Shown: one piece after another, positions 46,327 to 56,644 of the stretch
Numbering within the stretch: the first letter of the stretch is position 1
Layout: each line of letters begins with the position of its first letter
Translations under genes and position numbers: made by a program
Assembly: GCA_045545475.1 (NCBI GenBank)
Contig: JAZQAZ010000014.1
Span: 14,404 to 78,403, forward strand
Source: Clostridia bacterium
Lineage (GTDB): Bacteria; Bacillota; Clostridia; CAKSNL01; HGM11501
Direction of reading: 5' to 3'
DNA: 64,000 nt
Notes under the pieces: model-generated
Database searches by the model: none
Told to the model about the DNA's origin: nothing
Seen by the model: only the letters and a program-made list of their open reading frames with translations

Positions 46327-46400
46327 TTGAAATTTGAATGGAAGTGGTTTATAATGGAGTTACAGTAGTGACTTGATGGGTTTCGGTGGGCAAAAGTGGA
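46327..46400 (+). promoter_or_regulatory. dcw promoter with MraZ-binding repeats
   Basis: TTGAAA(46327)-17-TATAAT(46350). (G/A)TGG-like repeats at about 10-bp spacing: 46344, 46354, 46365, 46376, 46386, 46396. Confidence 0.7.
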
Positions 46401-46430
46401 TATTTGAAACATAGAAAGGGAGGTGGCAGG

Positions 46431-46889
46431 ATGAATAGAAATGTTTTTTATGGCGAATACACACATACTTTGGATGAAAAAGGCAGAGTGATACTTCCTG
46501 CCAAGTTCCGTGAAATGCTGGGAGAACAGTGCCATATCACAGTAGGATACGATTCCTGCGTTACTGTTTATGACGATGCCGGATGGGATGCTTTCTTGGG
46601 AAAGCTCTTTGATGAACTTGAACACGAAACCGATGAAGACTACAGAAGAAGAATAAGAATTATGGCATCCGGCGGTATGGATATTAATATAGATAAACAG
46701 GGGAGAATGTTGATTCCCCCTCCGCTCAGAGCGAGAGCGAAAATAGATAAAGAAGTAAGCATCGTGGGTAACCTTAATAAAATTGAAATATGGCCCAGCG
46801 AAGTATGGAACGGATATCTTAACGATGAAGCAAATCCTCTTGAAAAAGTATCTCAGAAAGTAGAGGAAAAGAAAAATGCCAGAGTTTAA
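46431..46889 (+). CDS. mraZ: Division/cell-wall cluster repressor MraZ
   Basis: LDEKGRVILPAKFR and IDKQGRMLIP motifs. Start moved to 46431. Confidence 0.95.
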   Translation: MNRNVFYGEYTHTLDEKGRVILPAKFREMLGEQCHITVGYDSCVTVYDDAGWDAFLGKLFDELEHETDEDYRRRIRIMASGGMDINIDKQGRMLIPPPLRARAKIDKEVSIVGNLNKIEIWPSEVWNGYLNDEANPLEKVSQKVEEKKNARV

Positions 46890-47802
46890 TCATGTATCGG
46901 TGTTAAAAGAAGAACTTACCGGCGGAATAATAACCGATAGGAACGGGATTTATTGCGACATGACTCTTGGCGGTGCGGGACACAGCAAAAGGCTTTTGGA
47001 ACTTACAGATAAGGCTGTGCTTCTCGGAATAGACCGTGATCCGTTGGCTCTTGAAGTGGCAAAGGAAAGACTTTCGGATTTTTCAGACAGAGTAAAGCTC
47101 TATCACGGGAATTTTTCTGAGATAGATATTGCGGCCTGGGAAAATGAAATTGATGCTTTTGACGGCATAATGGCTGACCTTGGAGTATCAAGCCCGCAAC
47201 TTGACGATGCGGACAGAGGATTCTCCTATATGCACGATGCTCCACTGGATATGAGGATGGATACCACGAGCGATTTTTCGGCGTATGATGTGGTTAATAA
47301 ATACTCAGAAGCGGAACTTATGAGAATAATCGGAAGCTACGGGGAGGAACGCTGGGCGAAAAGAATCGCAGAGTTTATAGTGAAAAACCGCCCTGTGAAA
47401 ACAACGTTGGAGCTTGTTGACATAATAAAAGCGGCGGTTCCTGCAGGAGCAAGAGAAAAGGGCGGACATCCTGCGAAAAGAACATTTCAGGCAATAAGAA
47501 TAGAGGTTAACGGCGAACTTGAAGCAGTAGAAAATGCTCTTGGTAAAGCGGTTTCGCTTTTGAAGAGCGGTGGAAGAATAGGGGTTATAACCTTCCACAG
47601 CCTGGAGGACAGATTGGTTAAACAGACGTTTCAGACTTTGGCCAAAGGTTGCACTTGTCCTTCTTCGTTTCCGGTATGTGTATGCGGAAAGCAACCGGAG
47701 ATAAAGATAATAACGAAAAAGCCGATATTGCCGGCTGATAAAGAAATCATTGAAAACAGCAGAGCGAAGAGTGCTAAACTCAGAATCGCGGAAAAATTAT
47801 AG
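46876..47802 (+). CDS. rsmH: 16S rRNA m4C1402 methyltransferase
   Basis: LGGAGHS, DLGVSSPQLD, PLDMRMD, FHSLEDR, SAKLRIAEK. Confidence 0.97.
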   Translation: MPEFNHVSVLKEELTGGIITDRNGIYCDMTLGGAGHSKRLLELTDKAVLLGIDRDPLALEVAKERLSDFSDRVKLYHGNFSEIDIAAWENEIDAFDGIMADLGVSSPQLDDADRGFSYMHDAPLDMRMDTTSDFSAYDVVNKYSEAELMRIIGSYGEERWAKRIAEFIVKNRPVKTTLELVDIIKAAVPAGAREKGGHPAKRTFQAIRIEVNGELEAVENALGKAVSLLKSGGRIGVITFHSLEDRLVKQTFQTLAKGCTCPSSFPVCVCGKQPEIKIITKKPILPADKEIIENSRAKSAKLRIAEKL

Positions 47803-47817
47803 AATAAAAGGAAGGGT

Positions 47818-48267
47818 ATGGGAATGGAACATTATAACGGTAATAATGCTTACAGAGTAAGATTAAAGGAAAGAGAAGAAAGAAAACTTATAAGCCGTGA
47901 AAATCCCGGATATGAATCGTTTGTAAGAGCCAAGCGAAAAGAAATTATAGGTTCTATACTTATAATCATGGCAGTGGCACTTATGATAATACTTAGATAT
48001 GCTCAGATTTCGGTGCTTAATTCCGATGTTCAGTCAACGAAAAAAGCGTTGGAAGAGGCCAGAGCCGAATATACCAATCTGGAAATAGAAAGAGACAGAA
48101 TAATAGACTTGTCTCATGTTGAAGATGTTGCCGTAAACTCATACGGTATGACAACGCCGACGAAAGATCAGATTGTATATATCAGCGTTGAGAGAGGTGA
48201 CTGCATAAAGGTGGCAAAATCCGGTGGCGGAGCATCTTTATTTTGGGGACAATCGGCTTTTAATTAA
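47818..48267 (+). CDS. ftsL: Cell division protein FtsL-like
   Basis: Position after rsmH; single TM plus coiled coil; VEDVAVNSYGM motif. Confidence 0.7.
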   Translation: MGMEHYNGNNAYRVRLKEREERKLISRENPGYESFVRAKRKEIIGSILIIMAVALMIILRYAQISVLNSDVQSTKKALEEARAEYTNLEIERDRIIDLSHVEDVAVNSYGMTTPTKDQIVYISVERGDCIKVAKSGGGASLFWGQSAFN

Positions 48268-48378
48268 TCGGAACAAAAAATATGCTGCTATTGGTAAAAT
48301 GCTTTCAGGCGTTTTATAATTGCGGCATTTTTCCGTTTCATAGAACTTGTCGTTTTTTGTTATTTAGAGGGGTAATGT

Positions 48379-50571
48379 ATGAGTATACTTTCTGTAAAAA
48401 AGAGAATGAAAAATCTGGCGTTTGCATTTATATGTGTTCTTGTGGCACTTGTAATATGGCTCTGTTATCAAAGTATAACTTTGGGAGAAAGGTACAGAGA
48501 AGCGGCAGAAAGACAGCAGACAAAGGATATAGAGGTTGCAGCGAAGCGCGGGACAATATATGACAGAAACAAAAAACAGCTTGCGGTAAGCGTTTCTGCG
48601 GATACGGTTATTTTAGACCCTGCTTTAATCAGAAAAAATGAAAAAGCGGAAAAGGTGGCTTCTGCACTTTCTGAAATACTTGATATGCCTTATGAGGATG
48701 TATATAAAGTTACGCAGAAGGAAAGCAGCTATGAAATATTGAAAAAAAGAATTACTCAGGAAGAGAGTAAGGCTATAAAGGAACTGAAGGACAAAACCGG
48801 AATAATGCTTGAGGAAGACACAAAGAGAAACTATGTATACGGTTCTCTTGCGGCAAATATTCTGGGCTTTACCGGATATGACAATCAGGGGCTTGACGGA
48901 CTTGAAAGTGTATATGATAGCGTGCTCTCAGGAAAAAACGGCAGAAAGAGTGTTGCTGTTGCTAACGGCGGCATTGAATTGCCCTATGCATACGAGCAGT
49001 ATGTGGATCCGGAAAACGGAAAAAGTCTGGTATTAACCATAGACGAAACCATACAGCATATTGCGGAATCAAGACTTAATGAAGCAATTAATAAATATGG
49101 AGTAAAGGAAGAGGGTTGTGTTATTGTAATGAACCCCAACACCGCCGAAATTCTGGCGATGGCGGCAACTCCCGGGTATGATCCGAATGCTCCCTTTGAA
49201 ATTTACGATGAAGAATTGCTATCAGAGCTTGAAGGACTCGAAGGGGAAGAAAAGAGCGATGCGAAAGGTAAAGCTCAGTATCGCCAGTGGAGAAATAAGG
49301 CGATATCGGATACATATGAGCCGGGTTCGGTGTTTAAGATAATAACTGCTGCAGCTTGCCTTGAAGAAGGTATTGTTGATGAAAATACGGCATTTAATTG
49401 CCCCGGCTCGATGCATGTGGCAGGATGGAACATAAATTGCTGGAGATATTACAACCCTCACGGTATACAAAACATCGAAGCAGGTTTGGCCAATTCCTGT
49501 AACTGTGTATTTATGACACTGGGACTTAATCTTGGTGGTGAAAGATTCAGAGAATATGTTAAGGCTTTTGGATTTGAAGAAAAAACCGGTATTAATCTTC
49601 CGGGGGAATCAGAGCCTATTATAAGAAACCAGTATGCGGATATCGACGTGGCGACTGCCGCCTTCGGACAGAACATAAATGTTACTCCGATACAGATGAT
49701 AACAGCCGTTTCATCCGTAATTAATGGCGGAGAACTGCTTAAACCCATGATAGTTAAAGAATATCTTGATGAAGACGGCAAAGTTACGGAGAGTTTTGAG
49801 AAAACCGTTGTCAGAAGGGTGATTTCCGAAAAGACAAGCGAAAGCATGAAAAAATATCTTGAGGGTGTTGTTAAAAACGGAACCGGAAGCGGAGCAAAAA
49901 TTTCAGGACAGAGAGTCGGAGGAAAGACCGGAACCAGTGAAAAGCAACCGAGAGACGGAAGAAAAATAGCGTCTTTTTGCGGATTTGCTCCTGCGAATGA
50001 TCCGGAGATAATAGTTCTTGTTATGCTGGATGAACCGACCCCCGGTGTGGGAGAGGGAAATATAAATGCCGGTGGTGGCCAGATTGCGGCACCTACGGCA
50101 GGACTTATAATTGATGACATATTAAGATATATGGGAATTGAAGCACAGTATAGTGAAAGCGAAATACTCTCATCCGGTGCATATATTCCGGATCTTACTG
50201 GATTAAGCAGAAAAGAAGCGGAAGAAACCGCTAAAAAAAGTGGCTTTAATATAAACCTTATAGGCGGAGGAGATAAGGTTACCGATCAGCAGCCTTTAAG
50301 CGGAATTATGCTTTCCGAAGGCTCGACTATCATAGTTTATACAGAAGGATCCTCCGAGGCACAGCTCACAACAGTTCCATCTGTAACCGGAATGAGCAGA
50401 GCGAATGCTGAGGCGACTATAAAAGGTGCAAATCTCAATTTCAGGAACTCCGATATGGGAGCAGGCATGAACGGCGGAGTAATCGCCAGCGAACAAAGTC
50501 CTGCGGCAGGTGAAGTTGTTGAAATGGGAACCGTGGTTTATGTGAAATTCGTCCTGCAGGACGTTGACTGA
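48379..50571 (+). CDS. Class B penicillin-binding protein with two PASTA domains (FtsI/SpoVD-type)
   Basis: RGTIYDRN, EPGSVFK (SxxK), SCN, KTGT; C-terminal PASTA repeats. Confidence 0.93.
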   Translation: MSILSVKKRMKNLAFAFICVLVALVIWLCYQSITLGERYREAAERQQTKDIEVAAKRGTIYDRNKKQLAVSVSADTVILDPALIRKNEKAEKVASALSEILDMPYEDVYKVTQKESSYEILKKRITQEESKAIKELKDKTGIMLEEDTKRNYVYGSLAANILGFTGYDNQGLDGLESVYDSVLSGKNGRKSVAVANGGIELPYAYEQYVDPENGKSLVLTIDETIQHIAESRLNEAINKYGVKEEGCVIVMNPNTAEILAMAATPGYDPNAPFEIYDEELLSELEGLEGEEKSDAKGKAQYRQWRNKAISDTYEPGSVFKIITAAACLEEGIVDENTAFNCPGSMHVAGWNINCWRYYNPHGIQNIEAGLANSCNCVFMTLGLNLGGERFREYVKAFGFEEKTGINLPGESEPIIRNQYADIDVATAAFGQNINVTPIQMITAVSSVINGGELLKPMIVKEYLDEDGKVTESFEKTVVRRVISEKTSESMKKYLEGVVKNGTGSGAKISGQRVGGKTGTSEKQPRDGRKIASFCGFAPANDPEIIVLVMLDEPTPGVGEGNINAGGGQIAAPTAGLIIDDILRYMGIEAQYSESEILSSGAYIPDLTGLSRKEAEETAKKSGFNINLIGGGDKVTDQQPLSGIMLSEGSTIIVYTEGSSEAQLTTVPSVTGMSRANAEATIKGANLNFRNSDMGAGMNGGVIASEQSPAAGEVVEMGTVVYVKFVLQDVD

Positions 50572-50600
50572 TAATAAGACTTCGGAAAGGGATGACTTAA

Positions 50601-52037
50601 ATGAAACTCAGAGAACTGTTGGAAAACAGAGAATACAGTGTTGTAAGCGGCAGCGTGGACGTTGAGATTGCTAAAATCGAGATTGACTCACGAAAAATAG
50701 GGAAGGGTGACGTGTTTTTTGCGCTTACCGGACTAGGAGCAGACGGACATAACTATATTGAAAAAGCAGTAAATATGGGAGCTGTGGCCGTAGTTGCGGA
50801 AAAAGAATGCGAAAGCTTCGGTGCAACTTTGATTGTGTGCGAAAGCTCAAGAAAGATGCTTGCCTGGGCCTCTGCAGCTTTTTACGGGCATCCCGCAGAT
50901 AAGATGAGACTTATTGGCGTTACCGGAACAAACGGCAAGACCACGGTTACGCATATAATAAAGAAAATTCTTGACATGAAAGGTGCAAAGGTTGGGCTTA
51001 TAGGAACCAACCACTATCTTATAGGAGAAAGTGAATTGCCTTCCACAGGAACCACACCTGAAGCAATGGAGCTTCATTGGATATTCAAGGAGATGTATGA
51101 AGCAGGTTGTGAATATGTGGTAATGGAAACATCAAGCCATGCTCTTGCACTTGACAGATGCCTGGGACTTACTTTCGATGTGGGCGTATTCACGAATCTG
51201 ACACAGGATCATTTGAATTATCATAATGATATGGAAAATTATGCGGAGGCCAAGGCGAAATTATTTGGCATGAGCAGAATTTCGGTTATTAATGCAGATG
51301 ATTCGTGGTGTAAAATTATGAAGAAAAACGCCTCTAAAATATACACCTACGGTATCGAAAAAAATGCTGACATGCAGGCAACTATGATAGAGTATTCGGA
51401 AAAAGGTGTCAGCTTCAATTGGAGTTTTAAGAACACCACCGTTCCGATGAGAATGGCCATTCCGGGTAAGTTTTCGGTTTATAATGCTCTTGCCGGAGTG
51501 GGAGCATGTGCGGCATTGGGCCTCAGTGACGAAAGGCTTATGAAGGGGCTTTTAATGGTAAGAGGGGTAAAGGGAAGAGCAGAAGTTGTTCCGGTAAACG
51601 AAAAGTATACGGTTATGATAGATTATGCTCATACACCCGACGGAATAGAGAATATCTTAGGAGCAATCAGAGGCTTTGTTAAAAACAGAATAATTATAGT
51701 TTTTGGTTGCGGTGGAGACAGAGACAGGGATAAAAGACCTAAAATGGGTGCAGCTGCAATTCGTCTTGCGGATTTCTGTGTGGTTACTAGTGATAATCCG
51801 AGAACAGAAGATCCCGATGCAATTATTCAGGATATTTTGCCTGGACTTTCGGGAATGGAAGATAAATATAAGGCAATTACGGACAGAACAGAGGCTATAC
51901 GCTATGCCCTTTCCATTGCAACAGAAGGAGATGTTGTGTTGCTTGCCGGAAAAGGACATGAAACTTATCAGGATATAATGGGAGAAAAGATCCATTATGA
52001 CGAGAGGGAAATCGTTAAAAAAATACTTGAGAATTAA
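50601..52037 (+). CDS. murE: UDP-MurNAc-tripeptide synthetase (meso-DAP type)
   Basis: GTNGKTT, METSSH, DYAHTPD, DNPR (DAP specificity), GKGHE. Confidence 0.96.
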   Translation: MKLRELLENREYSVVSGSVDVEIAKIEIDSRKIGKGDVFFALTGLGADGHNYIEKAVNMGAVAVVAEKECESFGATLIVCESSRKMLAWASAAFYGHPADKMRLIGVTGTNGKTTVTHIIKKILDMKGAKVGLIGTNHYLIGESELPSTGTTPEAMELHWIFKEMYEAGCEYVVMETSSHALALDRCLGLTFDVGVFTNLTQDHLNYHNDMENYAEAKAKLFGMSRISVINADDSWCKIMKKNASKIYTYGIEKNADMQATMIEYSEKGVSFNWSFKNTTVPMRMAIPGKFSVYNALAGVGACAALGLSDERLMKGLLMVRGVKGRAEVVPVNEKYTVMIDYAHTPDGIENILGAIRGFVKNRIIIVFGCGGDRDRDKRPKMGAAAIRLADFCVVTSDNPRTEDPDAIIQDILPGLSGMEDKYKAITDRTEAIRYALSIATEGDVVLLAGKGHETYQDIMGEKIHYDEREIVKKILEN

Positions 52038-52049
52038 GGGGACTTTGCT

Positions 52050-53024
52050 ATGACAGGTTGGATTTGGGGTATATTTGCATTCTCTATTGCTTTGATAATA
52101 TCCGTTTTATGCGGCGGAATGGTTATAAAAAAACTTAAAGAAGCAAGCTTCGGACAGGAAATAAGAGAAGAAGGTCCTGCCTGGCATAAGAAAAAAAGCG
52201 GAACACCCACCATGGGCGGATTTATATTCTTTGCGGGCCTTATACCCGCTGCAGTAATTATACTTCTGCTTTCAAAAATGGCGGATATTACGGCTTTGAT
52301 TGTACTTTTATGCGCGGCTTTTTTTGGCGTAATCGGATTTTCTGATGACTACATAAAGGTTATTAAAAAGAGAAATCTCGGCCTCACCGCAAAACAAAAG
52401 TTTATGGCGCAGATCCTGGTAAGTGCAGCTTTCTCTTTGGCTCTTTATTATGTTAAGGGCGGAGAAATTCTGCTTTTTGGTGGGTTTTACAATTGGTCAT
52501 ATTTCATAATACCTTTTAATATTCTTGTATTACTTGCAACAAACAATGCCGTTAATCTTACGGACGGAGTTGATGCATTGGCCGGAAGCACCACATTTTT
52601 CTGTATGGGATACTTTGCTTTTGCTGCATACTATGCAAAAATGAATTCCCTGGGAATAGTGCTTATGGCAGTGATGGGTGGAGTAGCAGGATTTCTTTGC
52701 TATAACCGTCATCCTGCAAAGGTATTTATGGGAGATACCGGATCTTTGTTTTTAGGAGGTCTTATCGGTGCGGTTGCTTGCACATTGGGACTTCAGTTTA
52801 CTGTTATAACGGCGGGAGTGGTATTTTTCATTGAAACTCTTTCCGTTATTATGCAGGTTACATATTTTAAGCTTACTCACGGAAAGAGAATATTTCTTAT
52901 GACTCCCATACATCATCATTTTGAGAAAAAAGGTTGGTCAGAGGTTAAAATTGTAGTGGTGGCTTCGGCTATTACAATAATTATGGGAGTAGTAAGTGCA
53001 TTGTATATAAAAATGTACATATAG
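52050..53024 (+). CDS. mraY: Phospho-N-acetylmuramoyl-pentapeptide transferase
   Basis: KSGTPTMGG, DDYIK, NLTDGVD, FMGDTGS, PIHHHFE. Confidence 0.97.
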   Translation: MTGWIWGIFAFSIALIISVLCGGMVIKKLKEASFGQEIREEGPAWHKKKSGTPTMGGFIFFAGLIPAAVIILLLSKMADITALIVLLCAAFFGVIGFSDDYIKVIKKRNLGLTAKQKFMAQILVSAAFSLALYYVKGGEILLFGGFYNWSYFIIPFNILVLLATNNAVNLTDGVDALAGSTTFFCMGYFAFAAYYAKMNSLGIVLMAVMGGVAGFLCYNRHPAKVFMGDTGSLFLGGLIGAVACTLGLQFTVITAGVVFFIETLSVIMQVTYFKLTHGKRIFLMTPIHHHFEKKGWSEVKIVVVASAITIIMGVVSALYIKMYI

Positions 53025-53042
53025 TTTGGAGGATAGTTGAAA

Positions 53043-54224
53043 ATGGCTAGGGCAGAAGGGAAAACTAATGAAAGAGCCAATGGCAGAGTGAGAAGAAAAG
53101 GAGAACTTGACGGAGTTTATCTGATTTTGTTGTGTGCCTTGGTTTGTGCCGGTCTTTTAATGCTGATAAGTGCCAGCACACCGGATTCCATAGGAACAGA
53201 AAGTCCTTATTCGGGAATAATAAAAAACTGTGTTGTAGCTGTGGTAAGCTTTGCCGTAATGCTTATCGTTGCCAATGCACCCGACTATACGCTTTTCAGA
53301 AAATATGTTAAAGCGTTTTACATTTTTTGTGTTATACTTATGTACCTTACTCCTTTTATAGGAAAGGAAAGCCTTGGTGCTACTCGTTGGATTTTTATAG
53401 GCCCTATATCAGTACAGCCATCTGAAATTATGAAAATAGCTCTCATATTATATCTTGCGGATGTATTATCGGGAGAGAAAAAACGCAATGTGAACAGAAT
53501 GAATCTGCTTCAGAGAATTTTATACAGCTTCAGGGCGGAAATTATTATCTTGATACCTGCTGTGGGAGCTGTAATGCAGCGTCATCTTTCGGGAGCAATA
53601 ATCCTTTGTCTCATAGGGTTTGTGGTTCTGTTTGCTTACGGTATGCCCAAAAGCCATATTATAGGAGTAGGCGGGGGAGTTGTCGCTGCCGGAGTAGCTC
53701 TTGCGATAATGGAGCCTTACAGATTGCAGCGTATTTTAGGTTCGAGAAATCCGGAATCAGACCCCTTAGGAAGCGGATGGCAGATTCTGCAGTCGCTGTA
53801 TGCAATATGTTCAGGCGGTCTTTTCGGGGTAGGATTCGGACAGTCAAGGCAAAAATACAACTGGCTTCCTGAAGCTTCAAATGACTACATTTTTGCAATT
53901 ATTTGCGAAGAAATGGGGATAGTCGGAGGTATTGCGGTTATCGTGATGTTCGGCCTTTTTGTATGGAGAGGCGTTAAAATATCAATAAATGCCAGAGATA
54001 TGTTTGGTAGTCTCATTGCCTTCGGAGTATCTGTGATGATAGGTCTTCAGGTTGCAATAAATATAGCTGTTGTAACAAATCTTATCCCTTCTACCGGAAT
54101 GCAGCTTCCGTTTTTCAGTTCCGGCGGAACATCTTTGCTTTTCATGTTGATAGCAACCGGAATAGTGCTTAATATTTCAAGGTACCAGAAAAAAGGGGCA
54201 GGAATTATTCATGAAGTAAAATAA
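53043..54224 (+). CDS. ftsW: SEDS peptidoglycan polymerase FtsW/SpoVE
   Basis: GATRW, QPSEIMK, LPEASNDYIFAII.EE.G, PFFSSGGTS. Confidence 0.92.
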   Translation: MARAEGKTNERANGRVRRKGELDGVYLILLCALVCAGLLMLISASTPDSIGTESPYSGIIKNCVVAVVSFAVMLIVANAPDYTLFRKYVKAFYIFCVILMYLTPFIGKESLGATRWIFIGPISVQPSEIMKIALILYLADVLSGEKKRNVNRMNLLQRILYSFRAEIIILIPAVGAVMQRHLSGAIILCLIGFVVLFAYGMPKSHIIGVGGGVVAAGVALAIMEPYRLQRILGSRNPESDPLGSGWQILQSLYAICSGGLFGVGFGQSRQKYNWLPEASNDYIFAIICEEMGIVGGIAVIVMFGLFVWRGVKISINARDMFGSLIAFGVSVMIGLQVAINIAVVTNLIPSTGMQLPFFSSGGTSLLFMLIATGIVLNISRYQKKGAGIIHEVK

Positions 54225-54240
54225 AGAACGGAGAGGTTTT

Positions 54241-55341
54241 ATGCGAGTAATAGTATCTGGTGGCGGAACCGGTGGTCATATAAATCCGGCGATAGCCATT
54301 GCAAAATACATTAAAGAAGTTGAGCCGGAATCTGAAATTTTATATGTGGGAACAGAACACGGACTTGAAAAAAAACTTGTGCCGGCACAGAATATTGATA
54401 TAGCATATATTGATGTGTACGGATTTAAGAGGAAACTGTCTCCTAAGAATATATATGTTGCATTTAAAGCACTTAAAGGTATAGCGGACAGTAAAAAAAT
54501 TATTAAAAAATTCAAGCCTGATGCTGTTATAGGCACAGGTGGCTATGTATGCGGCCCGCTTCTTCAGGCGGCTGTTAAAATGAAAATTCCCACGTTGATA
54601 CATGAGCAGAATGTAATTCCGGGACTGACGGTTAAAATGCTTGCAGACAAAGTAGATGTGGTAGCTACAAGCTTTGATACCACTAAAAACTATCTTAAAA
54701 AACATAAAAAGATAGTGCTTGCAGGTAATCCTGTAAGGGCAGATTTGCTGAAAGTTACCCGCTTTGAGGCCAGAATAAAATTTAATCTTGACGAAAAGCC
54801 TACAGTACTTTTCATGGGCGGAAGCCTTGGGGCGAAAAGCATAAACAATGCCCTTGCTGAAATTGTTTCCAGGGGAATGGCGGAGGACTACAACATCATA
54901 GCTTCGACAGGGGAACGCAATTACGAAGCGGTTATGAGTGAGATTAAAAAGAATATTGACGAAATTCCTTCTAACATTACAATCGCACCTTATATTTATA
55001 ATACCGATGTGGCTTTTGCGGCAGCAGACTTGATTGTGTGCAGAACAGGAGCGGTGACGGTAAGCGAACTTGCAGCGACAGGTAAACCTTCAATTGTTGT
55101 TCCCAGTCCCAATGTTGCACATAATCATCAGGAATATAATGCGAGATATTTATCAGACAGGGGTGCAGCCGTTCTTATACATGATGATGAACTTACGGGA
55201 ATAAAGCTTAATGCAGAAATTCTTGCTCTTGTAAATAACCGTGATTTACTTTCGGAAATGAGCAAAAATGCAAAAACAGTTGCGATTTATGATGCAACGG
55301 ACAAAATTTATACTACAGTAAAAAAGCTCATCAAAGATTAA
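54241..55341 (+). CDS. murG: Lipid II GlcNAc transferase
   Basis: GGGTGGHINP, HEQN, GNPVR, GGSLGA, HQEYNA. Confidence 0.97.
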   Translation: MRVIVSGGGTGGHINPAIAIAKYIKEVEPESEILYVGTEHGLEKKLVPAQNIDIAYIDVYGFKRKLSPKNIYVAFKALKGIADSKKIIKKFKPDAVIGTGGYVCGPLLQAAVKMKIPTLIHEQNVIPGLTVKMLADKVDVVATSFDTTKNYLKKHKKIVLAGNPVRADLLKVTRFEARIKFNLDEKPTVLFMGGSLGAKSINNALAEIVSRGMAEDYNIIASTGERNYEAVMSEIKKNIDEIPSNITIAPYIYNTDVAFAAADLIVCRTGAVTVSELAATGKPSIVVPSPNVAHNHQEYNARYLSDRGAAVLIHDDELTGIKLNAEILALVNNRDLLSEMSKNAKTVAIYDATDKIYTTVKKLIKD

Positions 55342-55367
55342 CACAAAAAAGCTTCCTTGCATAGAAT
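55339..55367 (+). promoter_or_regulatory. Putative mother-cell (sigma-E/sigma-K) promoter upstream of murA
   Basis: ACA(55341-55343)-16-CATAgaaT(55360-55367). Confidence 0.45.
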
Positions 55368-55389
55368 ATTGCATAGGGGGCGATAGGAT

Positions 55390-56640
55390 TTGAGCAAGTA
55401 CATAATAAATGGTGATAGAGCTTTAAGAGGCCGTGTGAAGATACACGGTGCCAAAAATGCGGTATTGCCGATTTTAGCCGCTGCTGTTGTAAGCGGAAAA
55501 GAAAGCATAATTCATAACTGTCCTAATTTAAGCGATGTGGCAGAGTCTCTTGAAATTCTTAAGTTTCTTGGGTGCGACGCCACATTGAAAGAAGGAACGG
55601 CAGTAATTGATTCGGGAAATCTTGTAACAAATGAAGTTCCCGGAGAGCTTATGCTCAAAATGCGTTCTTCGGTAATTTTCCTGGGTGCTCTTATTGCAAG
55701 GTGTAAAAGCGGAAGAGTAACACTTCCGGGAGGCTGTGAAATCGGGCCAAGACCCATTGATTTGCATCTTAAGGCCTTTAGAAAAATGGGGATAGAAATT
55801 GAGGATGCCGGAGGAATTATTTCGTGTGATGCACGTCATATGAAAAGTGCAGAGGTGCATCTTGATTTTCCCAGCGTCGGAGCAACGGAAAATATAATGC
55901 TTGCAGCGACAGGAGCAAAGGGGATTACAAAGATAACCAATGCTGCAAAAGAACCTGAAATAGCGGATTTACAGGAATATCTTAAAAAAGCCGGTTATAA
56001 TGTATCCGGAGCCGGCAGTGATACTGTATACATAGAAGGCAGAGTCGAGGGAGAAAAGGCAGAGCATACCATAATTCCCGACAGAATTGAAGCGGCTACT
56101 TACGCTTGTGCTGTGCTCATGACAAAAGGAAAGGCGGAGCTGTGCGATATTTGTGCGGAACATATGCAAGCATTTTTTGCAGCTCTCAAAGATTGCGGTG
56201 CAAGTGTTGATTTTAGAAATAAAAGTGCTATAATAGAATATAAAGAACGATTAAAAGCAGTAAAGCATATAAGAACACAACCTTATCCCGGATTTCCCAC
56301 CGATATGCAGTCGGTATTCATGAGTCTTATGACAATGGCAGAAGGAACATCTGTTATTACCGAAAACATTTTCAGAGACAGATTTCATCACGTTGACGGA
56401 CTTATAAGGATGGGTGCCGATATTGTCACTGACGGAAGTGTTGCTGTTATAAGAGGTAAAAACAGCCTTTCCGGAGCACATGTTTCAGCCAACGATTTAA
56501 GAGGCGGTGCGGCTCTTACCGTGGCGGCTTTGGCGGCGAAAGGGAAAAGCGTTGTGGATAACCTTTGCTACATAGACAGAGGTTATGAAAAATTTGAGGA
56601 GAATTTAAGACTGCTGGGAGCAGATATACAAAGGAAGTGA
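55390..56640 (+). CDS. murA: UDP-N-acetylglucosamine 1-carboxyvinyltransferase
   Basis: GAKNAVLP, LPGGCEIGPRPIDLH, SVGATEN, PGFPTDMQ, DLRGGA. TTG start. Confidence 0.95.
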   Translation: MSKYIINGDRALRGRVKIHGAKNAVLPILAAAVVSGKESIIHNCPNLSDVAESLEILKFLGCDATLKEGTAVIDSGNLVTNEVPGELMLKMRSSVIFLGALIARCKSGRVTLPGGCEIGPRPIDLHLKAFRKMGIEIEDAGGIISCDARHMKSAEVHLDFPSVGATENIMLAATGAKGITKITNAAKEPEIADLQEYLKKAGYNVSGAGSDTVYIEGRVEGEKAEHTIIPDRIEAATYACAVLMTKGKAELCDICAEHMQAFFAALKDCGASVDFRNKSAIIEYKERLKAVKHIRTQPYPGFPTDMQSVFMSLMTMAEGTSVITENIFRDRFHHVDGLIRMGADIVTDGSVAVIRGKNSLSGAHVSANDLRGGAALTVAALAAKGKSVVDNLCYIDRGYEKFEENLRLLGADIQRK

Positions 56641-56644
56641 TTGC

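Noticed and set aside
48282-48378. Separate small ORF (48282-48563) or a sigma-E promoter before the PBP gene
   Set aside because: The ORF overlaps the PBP gene out of frame and has no RBS. The CATAgaac -10 lacks the conserved final T, so support is too weak.
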